Assembly (NCBI RefSeq): GCF_006345805.1
Contig: NC_043000.1
Coordinates: forward strand, 80,600,001-80,664,000
DNA length: 64,000 nt
Direction of reading: 5' to 3'
DNA from: Octopus sinensis
Lineage: Eukaryota
The position numbers and the translations under genes are program-made. Positions 53,923 through 64,000 of this stretch are shown here, piece by piece. Under the pieces are notes generated by a model, which was not told the DNA's origin, searched no databases, and was given only the letters and a program-made list of their open reading frames with translations. Each line of letters opens with the position of its first letter. The stretch's first letter is position 1.

Positions 53923-54191
53923 AACCCACAGGATAACAGGGTCATCGGCGATCAATAGCCAAAGAGATGCAATCCCCTTTGTTGAAATTGGCGACCAATA
54001 ACTAAGGGAAGACAGTCCCTTTTGTTGACATTGAGTATCGGGGTTCTTTTCTCCTCTATATTCTAGAGAGGCCACTTACTAGAGAGGCCTTTAGCCAACA
54101 GGTTTTGGGATCTGGTGATATTCCATAAAGCTAAGCCCTTTATGGACGTAAAGCCTAAGGTAATCCCATAAACCAGCCTTATCTAACTTTA

Positions 54192-54276
<85 letters not shown>

Positions 54277-54818
54277 GAGATAAACAACAAAACAAGCAAA
54301 ATGACACAATGTAATTTAGGATGGTGGATGAAAACAAACAGTCAAAGACGAGAATAGTGGGTAACGCTTAGAAAATGTTTTGCAGAATAGAGAGACAGAA
54401 TTTGTGATTGGTCAGCTAAGGGACCAGTCTAAGAAAGGAAGAAAAAGAGGAACTGGCCACTGGCATAGGGCAAAGATAGCAGGGAGAGGGAGTGACAGAG
54501 AAAGAAAAGGGCGATGTCGATGAAGGAGAAGGAGAAAGGCTGGGAATATAAGATGGAGAAAGGCTAGGAATACAGGAGGGAGAAGGGCTAGGAGTACATA
54601 GAGGGAGAGAGAGAGAAGGAGTAAGTAGAAAGGCTATAACAAAAGTGACAGGGAGAGAAAAAAGGGGAAAGAATGAAGGCGAGAGAGAGAGAGTCACATG
54701 GGTATGTATAAAAACTTACATTTTAATACAAATGTGGGGGGTGTTGTGTTCCATTACTTGATAAATGAAAAAAATGTATAGACAGATGTCATAATGTATA
54801 TTGAATATATATTATATA

Positions 54819-54857
<39 letters not shown>

Positions 54858-54890
54858 ATATATATATATCTATATATATATATATATATA

Positions 54891-54992
<102 letters not shown>

Positions 54993-55077
54993 CATACACA
55001 CACAGACCCCAGTCGAACCATCCAACCCATGCTAGCAATGGAAAATAGATGTTAAATGATGATGCTGATGATGATGA

Positions 55078-55117
<40 letters not shown>

Positions 55118-55119
<2 letters not shown>

Positions 55120-55533
55120 TCTTTACTCTCTTTTACTCTTTACTTGTTTCAGTCATTTGACTGCGGCCATGCTGGAGCACCGCCTTTAGTCGAGCAAATC
55201 GACCTCGGGACTTATTCTTTGTAAGCCCACTACTTATTCTATCGGTCTCTTTTGCCGAACCGCTAAGTGACGGGGACGTAAACACACCAGCATCGGTTGT
55301 CAAGCAATGCTAGGGGGACAAAGACAGACACACAAACACATACACACACACATATATATATATACATATATACGACAGGCTTCTTTCAGTTTCCGTCTGC
55401 CAAATCCACTCACAAGGCTTTGGTCGGCTCGGGGCTATAGCAGAAGACACTTGCCCAAGATGCCACGCAGTGGGACTGAACCTGGAACCATGTGGCTGGT
55501 TAGCAAGCTACTTACCACACAGCCACTCCTGCG

Positions 55534-55536
<3 letters not shown>
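55118..55536 (-). mobile_element. tRNA SINE family A, full length
   Basis: Reverse complement of the 6095-6512 type; flanked by (TA)n. Confidence 0.88.
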
Positions 55537-55582
<46 letters not shown>

Positions 55583-55605
55583 TTTATGTATGTATTTATA
55601 TATAA

Positions 55606-55646
<41 letters not shown>

Positions 55647-55649
55647 AGC

Positions 55650-55880
55650 AATATTAAATCTCTGAATGAAAGGTAAACAGTAACAGCACGGAATCGTGAA
55701 ATATATCACATACTGATGATGGGTTACTACTCAGAAACCTGGGTCTGTATGCATCACGTACAGCTACAGATGGGAACAATGATTTCCTAATCAGACACAG
55801 ACAGTGTGTCATCAGCCAGCTGGAGGAGATGTTCTCCTGGGGCTAAAAACAACAGTAACAACAGTAGCATTGTCCTCTAT
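55650..55880 (+). mobile_element. Family X copy with a hammerhead and an inverted 5' piece
   Basis: cacata-CTGATGA-tgggt tact actca-GAAA-cc tg gg-TC-tgtatg (~55707-55751), then cagctggag...cct.gggctaaa.ac.acagtaac as at 12.7 kb. Confidence 0.55.
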
Positions 55881-57002
55881 GGGACCACCACATTTAGTTG
55901 GCAAATATATATATATACTTATATATATAAGTGTATATGTATATGTGTATGTGTATATATGTGTTTAACTACATATATATACACACACACACACACACAT
56001 ATATAAATATCTGTGTGTGTGCATGTGTGTGTGCATGTGTGTGCATGTATGTGTGCATGTGTTATTCATCCTATTCATCTCCTCCTCTATCCTGATGAGA
56101 ACTTCACCTGTGAAACATGATTAATGTCTACGACAATTTAATAGCTATTTATTTTAATACCAACAAATGTAATTTGTTCACTTCCTTAGTATAATTAAAT
56201 ATTTATCAATAATCAACACACACACACACATACAATTCCCCAAACATGTACACTCACACATGTATATATACATATGCAAAATATCATCATCGTCATCAGC
56301 CTTTAGCTTTCCTTTTCCATGCTGGCATGGGTTAGAGAGTTTCACTGCAACTGGTAAGCTGAAGAGATACATCAGACTCCAGTCTGCTTTAGCTTGCTTT
56401 CTATGACTACATGTCCTTTCTAATGCCAACCATTCCATAGAGTATAGTGGATACCTTTCACATGTCACTGGAATATATGCCTTTTAACATGTGTGTGTGT
56501 GTATTATTGTGTTGGGGGAGAGTCATTCTCTTTTAGTGCCTAATTGATTTAACACACTCACCAGTCTAATTTCCACTCAATGACTATTGAAAGGGTTACA
56601 AGTCACAACGAAAATTTTTGTAAAATGTAAGTAAATGAGTGGAAATAAGACTGGTGAGTATTAAATTAATAAGGCACTAAAAGAAGATGACTTCCCCCAC
56701 ACACAATAAAATATGCTTCAACGCATGAATTCACATAAAGAATCCTACAAACCACATACAAGAACGATATATATATATATATTAACATCACAAAAATTTA
56801 GAAACTTCAAGAATGTGAAATAGATTGTTTTTTAGGAATGATGAGTCTTAAAGCAAATAAAGTTATAATTAATAATATGCAAAAACCTTTTATATAGAAA
56901 AGTCAACTGTTTCTATCTAAATGGTTTTTAACTCAGTGTTTACATACTTTTACTTATAGCCTTATTTACTTCAAGAGTCACCATTTTTAAAAGGAATATA
57001 TA

Positions 57003-57489
<487 letters not shown>

Positions 57490-57536
57490 TATATATATAA
57501 TATAATATAATACACATATATATATATTTATATATA

Positions 57537-57634
<98 letters not shown>

Positions 57635-57636
57635 TA

Positions 57637-57670
<34 letters not shown>

Positions 57671-57672
<2 letters not shown>

Positions 57673-58659
57673 GCAATTAAGGACAACTACTTAATAAGGA
57701 AAACTTAACAAGAAATTGTCAGGTAGATAGCGTAAAAACCACATAAGAGAAAAATTTCGAAAATAATTATTTCTTATTGAACATATTAATTTATATATAG
57801 AGGGCATTATACATACATGCCAGAAGGCATTATACATACATGCCAAACGCTAAGAGGGACAATCAGTCATTTCTACCAAAAATATTACTAATCCCACCGA
57901 ATGCAATTTTTCAAAGTAAGACATTTAAAAATATAGACCTGTATCACAGTGATTTCATACTTACGTAATCATCAGCAGGCCTGAATGTATTATAAATAAA
58001 CAACGACCCTAAGTATGAAATCACTGTGATACAGGTCTATATTTTTAAATGTCTTACTTTGAAAAATTGCATTCGGTGGGATTAGTAATATTTTTGGTAG
58101 AAATGACTGATTGTCCCTCTTAGCGTTTGGCATGTATGTATAATGCCTTCTGGCATGTATGTATAATGCCCTCTATATATAAATTAATATGTTCAATAAG
58201 AAATAATTATTTTCGAAATTTTTTCTCTTATGTGGTTTTTACGCTATCTACCTGACAATTTCTTGTTAAGTTTTCCTTATTAAGTAGTTGTCCTTAATTG
58301 CTAAATTTTTATTCCGAAAAAACTTTTCCTCTCCCGAAATGCAATCGTAAAAGTTTGCCATTTACCCGGATGTATATATGTAAACTCACCCATGTGCTTC
58401 GTTGATGTTGATCAGTTAGCTGATCGGCTTAAGCGGGGCAGGGTCGTTGTTTATTATAATACATTCAGGCCTGCTGATGATTACGTAAGTATGAAATCAC
58501 TGTGATACAGGTCTATATTTTTAAATGTCTTACTTTGAAAAATTGCATTCGGTGGGATTAGTAATATTTTTGGTAGAAATGACTGATTGTCCCTCTTAGC
58601 GTTTGGCATGTATGTATAATGCCTTCTGGCATGTATGTATAATGCCCTCTAATATAAAT

Positions 58660-58661
<2 letters not shown>
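57671..58661. mobile_element. Retrozyme-like insertion 1: 476-nt hammerhead-bearing monomer, permuted and fold-back, in (TA)n
   Basis: 57671-57962 is inverted at 58011-58303; aagtatgaaatc recurs at 58011 and 58487 (476-bp period); copies differ only by single-base indels in the parts compared. Confidence 0.8.
58467..58514 (+). ncRNA. Type I hammerhead ribozyme (HHR1); antisense copy at 57935-57982
   Basis: aggcctg-CTGATGA-t tac gtaa gta t-GAAA-tcac t gtga-T A-caggtct: 7-bp stem I, quasi-palindromic stem III, predicted cut after 58507. Confidence 0.78.
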
Positions 58662-58690
<29 letters not shown>

Positions 58691-58720
58691 TATATTTATA
58701 TATATATATATATAATATAT

Positions 58721-59863
58721 ATCAACAATCAAGGAACGGCCATAATAGGCCATTCACCCACTAGAAATAACAGCTAAAGCTTCAACCGCAAGTAAAAATC
58801 AATTCCGTAAACCAGGAGAAAATTTAAAAAACATTTACCCTGTAATTTCTTATACGATGCACCGTTTCATCTGCTGTTTAATGGTAAACTAACCTGATTA
58901 AATTAAATCAAGCCAATCTTCCATAGGCCCTCAGATTCTTCAGTAAGAAATAGCCAAGTCGGAACAGATATTTTCACGAGGCATTTCCGACCCTGCCAAG
59001 GCAATATCTGACCTAAAATTTTCAAATCATCGCACTCGCGCCAAATTTATCGGCAGCAAATAAATATAAGCGTCGATTCCATTACGGAATTAACCAGAAA
59101 TTCATAATTAATCAATATAGGGTGGCAAAAAAAAAATTTTGTAGAATTTTTTTGCCACCAGCGGCCTAGTGGGAAAAAATTAAATAGTCAAAGACCATTT
59201 TTAAGTTCAACATCAACAATCAAGGAACGGCCATAATAGGCCATTCACCCACTAGAAATAACAGCTAAAGCTTCAACCGCAAGTAAAAATCAATTCCGTA
59301 AACCAGGAGAAAATTTGCCGCTGGTGGCAAAAAAATTCTACAAAATTTTTTTTGCCACCCTATATTGATTAATTATGAATTTTCTGGTTAATTCCGTAAT
59401 GGAATCGACGGCTTATATTTATTTGCTGCCGATAAATTTGGCGCGAGTGCGATGATTTGAAAATTTTAGGTCAGATATTGCCTTGGCAGGTCGGAAATGC
59501 CTCGTGAAAATATCTGTTCCGACTTGGCTATTTCTTACTGAAGAATCTGAGGGCCTATGGAAGATTGGCTTGATTTAATTTAATCAGGTTAGTTTACCAT
59601 TAAACAGCAGATGAAACGGTGCATCGTATAAGAAATTACAGGGTAATGTTTTTTAATTTTCTCCTGTTTTACGGAATTGATTTTTACTTGCGGTTGAAGC
59701 TTTAGCTGTTATTTCTAGTGGGTGAATGGCCTATTATGGCCGTTCCTTGATTGTTGATGTTGAACTTAAAAATGGTCTTTGACTATTTAATTTTTTCCCA
59801 CTAGGCCGCTGGTGGCAAAAAATTCTACAAAATTTTTTTTTGCCACCCTATATTGATTAATTA
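58721..59863. mobile_element. Retrozyme-like insertion 2: ~490-nt hammerhead-bearing monomer, permuted and fold-back, in (TA)n
   Basis: Segment order A-B-C-D-A | C'-B'-A'-D'-C'; A occurs at 58721 and 59212, C' at 59317 and 59805. Confidence 0.8.
59530..59636 (+). ncRNA. Type I hammerhead ribozyme (HHR2) with extended stem II; antisense copy at 58845-58951
   Basis: atttctta-CTGAAGA-atctg...cagat-GAAA-cgg tgca tcg-T A-taagaaat: 8-bp stem I, GUA triplet, predicted cut after 59628. Confidence 0.82.
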
Positions 59864-59997
59864 TATATATATATATATATAATCAACCAATAAGGGTGAG
59901 AAATTTTTATACTAATTTAATAGTACATCCATTTAACACCTAGTGGCTTAGTGCATATAAAACCCAGATTTTCATTCATTTTATATATAAATATAAG

Positions 59998-62680
59998 CAA
60001 GGACCTCATCTTTGTGGGTGGAGATTTTAATGGGCATGTTGGGCGGGAATCGGGTATCTTCACTGGGGTACACGGTGGCCATGGTATTGGCACCAGAATT
60101 GATGAGGGAACTAGACTACTGGATTTCTGTGATGCATGTAACCTTTTAATCTGCAACACTAACTTCAAGAAGCCTGACTGCCACCTTATAACCTATCAGT
60201 CAGGAGACTCCGCTAGCCAAATAGACTTCATCCTCACCAGACAGCGGGATGCAGGGTCGCTCTTGAATACAAAGACCCTCCCGGGTGAAGAATGTATCCC
60301 TCAGCATAGACTAATCATCAGTGACTTTAAGCTTGAGGCCAGAAAGACTCCAAGAAACAAACCAATCCAGAAAAGAAGGATTTGGAAGCTAAAGAACCCT
60401 TCACATGGTCAGAGATTTAGGGACATACTCATCAAGAAATTTGATGAGAGGGAGGAGGAGCTTCAGACGTCAGACATAGAAGGTAGCTGGGAATTCCTAC
60501 GGGACAGCTTGCTGAGTGCCACAGACCGAGTCTGTGGATGGTGCAAAGTCCCTTCCAGACCTAGAGTTACGTGGTGGTGGAATAGTGCAGTAGACAAAGC
60601 CATTAGTGCAAAGAGACGGGCCTGGAAAGCCTGGAGGGATGGGGGCAGCAGGGAACTGTACCAGGTAGCCAAAAGGGAGGCTGGGCGGCAGGTATACATA
60701 GCCAAAGATGTAGCAGAAAAGAAGAAGTTTGCCAATGTCCAGCGACGTGAGGACCAAAGAGCTGAGGTATTTCGGATTGCCAGACAGGGTGTCAGAGAAA
60801 ATAGTGATGTTACAGGAGAGAAATGTGTCCGCATGGATGATGGGGCACTTGCTTTTACTGTTAGTGAAAAGAAAGAGGCTTGGAGAAGCCATTATGAAAG
60901 ACTGCTGAATGAGGAGAATGAATGGGAGGAGGAGAGCCTGCCAAATGTTGACCCAGTAGAGTGACCAGCTACCCGAATAGACAGCTCCCTTGTAGATAAG
61001 GCAATTAAGGATATGAAACCAGGTAAAGCCCCTGGCCCATCAGGAATCACTGCTGAGATGCTTAAAACAGCTGGCTATGTGGGCTATGGCCTAGTCACCC
61101 GCATTGTAAACCAGGTAGTTCATAATGGAGTCATACCCAATGACTGGCATAGCAGCACCATAGTCAACTGCTACAAGGGTAAGGGTGATGCTCTAGATAG
61201 AAATAACTACAGGGGTATCAAACTGTTGGATCAGGTGATGAAGGTCACAGAGAGGGTCATAACCCATCTCATTAGGGAGAGAATTTGCTTAGATGAAATG
61301 CAGTTCGGTTTTGTGCCGGGTAGAAGCACCACTGATGCTATATTCCTGGTCCGACAACTGCAGGAGAAGTACCTAGCTAAAGATAAACTCCTCTACATAG
61401 CTTTTGTGGACTTGGAGAAAGCCTTTGACAGGGTTCCCCGTTCCCTTATCTGGTGGTCGATGCGGAAACTGGAGACTGACGAATGGCTAATAAGGGCTGT
61501 ACAGGCTCTATACAGAGAGGCTGTCAGCAAGGTTAGGATTGGCAACGAATATAGTGAAGAATTCCGGGTAGAAGTAGGTGTGCACCAAGGCTCAGCCCTC
61601 AGTCCCCTTTTATTCATCATAGTCCTCCAGGCAATAACAGAGGAATTCAAAACAGGATGCCCCTGGGAGCTCCTCTATGCTGATGACCTGACTCTCATAG
61701 AAGAATCACTACCGGAACTAGAAAAGAAATTTCGGGTGTGGAAGCAAGGGTTAGAATCAAAGGGCCTTAGAGTAAATGTAGCAAAGACCAAAGTTATAGT
61801 AAGCAGAAAGGCGAACTCAGCACACACCCCCTCGGGCAGGTGGCCCTGCTCGATCTGTAGGAAAGGTGTAGGTAGAAACTCCATAAGATGCACCCAATGT
61901 AAGCTATGGACATACAAGAGGTGCAGCAACATTAAAGGGAAATTAACAGATAAGATAGCTTTCATGTGCAGCAGATGCACAGGGACAATAGACACCACAG
62001 ACACTCAGAAAACAGATTCCATCACACTCCAGGGAGAGAAACTAGAAGTAGTTGATAGTTTCCGCTACTTGGGTGACCAAGTTAGTAGTGGAGGTGGATG
62101 CACAGAGAGTATCACCACTAGAATACGAATAGCCTGGGCAAAGTTCAGAAAGCTCCTACCCCTACTGGCGACAAAGGGTCTCTCCCTCAGAGCGAAAGGT
62201 AGATTGTATGATGCATGTGTGCAAACTGCCATGCTTCACGGTAGTGATTATAGATAATATACAGATATTTGCAAAAGGGACATGGGCTGTGACTGCAGAG
62301 GACATGCGTAGACTTGAAAGAAATGAAGCTAGCATGATCCGCTGGATGTGTAATGTCAGTGTGCACGCACGACAGAGTGTAAGCACCCTGAGAGAAATGC
62401 TGGATATAAGAAGCATCAGATGTGGTGTGCAAGAGCGACGCTTGCGATGGTATGGTCATGTGCTGCGGATGGATGAGGAGAGATGTGTGAAGAAGTGCCA
62501 CTCCCAAACAGTTGAAGGTATCAGGGGGAGAGGTAGACCCAGGAAGACATGGGATGAGGTAGTCAAGCATGACCTCAGAGCGTTGGGCCTCACTGAGGCA
62601 ATGGCGAAGGACCGAGATCTCTGGAGATATGCTGTGACTGCAAAGACCCGGGCTGCTTCCTGCATCAGTTCCGCATAGCC
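59998..62680 (+). mobile_element. RTE-clade LINE (AP endonuclease plus RT), 5'-truncated, with one in-frame stop and one insertion
   Basis: GGDFNGHVG, SQIDFIL, KAPGPSGI, NYRGIKLL, FVDLEKAFDRV, HQGSALSP, LYADDL, FRYLG, RLRWYGHV; TGA ending the first ORF at 60964; insert near 62248-62279. Confidence 0.95.
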
Positions 62681-62715
62681 CCTGCCCATTCAGACAGGGC
62701 AAATATTCTGAATGG

Positions 62716-62806
62716 GTTCGGCTGAGGAGCTACAAATAAAGGTATATTATGTGAGTAAAATTACATAATTTATTAATTCATTAATAGCGAAACAATTGTC
62801 CCGAAC
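62716..62806 (+). ncRNA. Type I hammerhead ribozyme (HHR3), fully canonical core
   Basis: gttcgg-CTGAGGA-gcta...tagc-GAAA-caattg-TC-ccgaac: 6-bp stem I, G-C closing pair of stem II, palindromic ACAATTGT stem III, GUC triplet, predicted cut after 62800. Confidence 0.88.
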
Positions 62807-63439
62807 TAATTTGAATTTTTGTTATGTTTATTTGCCCTGTCTGTGCCAGTAGCTGTGCTAATATTCATCGGAGATATTTTTTATGTGGCTGAAGCCCAAT
62901 GGATCTATTTTTAGTGCTAGAGTAGACCACATAGTGGTCGCTCTCTTATATTTACATATATATATATATATATATATATGCCAGCATGGAAAATGAACGC
63001 CAAAGGTTGATGACGATAATGATATTTTGTATATGTATATATACATGTGTGAGTATACACGTGTGGGAAATTGCATGTGTGTGTGTATGTGTTGATTATA
63101 GATAATATACAGATATTTGCAAAAGGGACATGAAGGCCTGCAACATCAATATTAGCAACTGAGAAGCAGTTGCCAGCAACCGTGGAGATAGGTGGCATAC
63201 CGTAAAAGAGGGAACACAAAGGAGTGACAGAGGGAGAGAGGAGAAATGGAAAAACAAGAAAAGACGTCAACAAGAAACTATGACATTACAACCATCCAAG
63301 CAAAGTCTTTGCTACATTTGCGGCACCTGCCAGAGGGAGTGTTTGTCCAGAATAAGACTTCACAGCCACAGCAGGAGATGTATTAGGACATGAAATAAAA
63401 AAAAAAAGCCAGAATAGATTATTTTATGCCCAACTCCAT

Positions 63440-63990
63440 TGTCTCCCAATCATCATCATTGTGTATCTATTTTCCATGCTGGTATGTGTAAGATGGTTTG
63501 TCCGAAACTGGTAAGCCAGAGAGCTGTATCAGACTCCAGTCTGTTTTGGTTTGGTTTCTATGATTTGATGCCCTTCCTAACATCAACTACTCCACAGAGT
63601 GTACTGGGTGTTTTTTATGTGTTACGAACACAGGTGCCTTTTATATGTCACTGACACAGATGCCTTGTACATGTTACTGGCTTGGATGCCTTTTACATGT
63701 CACTAGCACTGGTGTCTTTTGTGTGTCACTGGCACAGTTGTAGTTTGCTTGTCATTAACATGGGTGCCTTTCACATATTACTGGTACTGGTCATGACTAT
63801 GATTTCACTAAGCTTGATGTGTCTTCTCAAGCTCAACAAATCACCAAAAGTCTCAGTTCTTTGTCATCTCCTCTGTGAGACTCAAAATCCAAAGATCATA
63901 TTTCACCACCTCCTCCCACATTTTCCTGATTCTACCTCTTCCACATGTTCCCTCCATAGTTAGAGTTTGATAGACATCCATACATACAAA
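63440..63990 (-). mobile_element. Degenerate RTE 3' end and UTR
   Basis: Reverse complement of the RTE 3' ORF end and UTR seen at 52.4-53.0 kb. Confidence 0.7.
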
Positions 63991-64000
63991 CATGGTACAT

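Noticed and set aside
58721-59863. Helitron or Helentron interpretation of unit 2
   Set aside because: No 5' TC terminus or A|T insertion site is seen; the permuted ends and intact hammerhead fit a retrozyme better.

Overview
AT-rich animal genomic DNA, mostly intronic or intergenic and packed with microsatellites and transposable elements. The SINE and LINE families look cephalopod (Octopus-like); this is an inference from repeat recognition. No intact protein-coding gene is supported. Two phase-compatible exon candidates of an unidentified + strand host gene lie at 7925-8027 and 14819-15006. Elements present: tRNA-derived SINEs of several families, RTE LINEs (one near-complete at ~60.0-62.7 kb), a 3'-truncated L1/Tx1 (28.8-32.9 kb), Dong/R4-like restriction-endonuclease LINEs including a head-to-tail train on (AAT)n, mariner and maT remnants, a Helitron helicase remnant, MITEs and a Penelope GIY-YIG remnant. 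The main finding is a set of type I hammerhead ribozymes (HHRs) in several unrelated non-coding units. Two young units (~476 and ~490 nt; 57671-58661 and 58721-59863) sit in (TA)n tracts as circularly permuted, longer-than-unit, head-to-head copies. That is the layout expected from reverse transcription of circular or multimeric self-cleaving RNAs (non-LTR retrozymes, Penelope-dependent). A textbook HHR lies just after the RTE ORF (62716-62806), and older HHR copies occur at 5.9, 12.6, 20.6 and 55.7 kb. All folds were made by eye; activity and novelty are untested, and a long-read chimera origin for the young fold-backs is not excluded.
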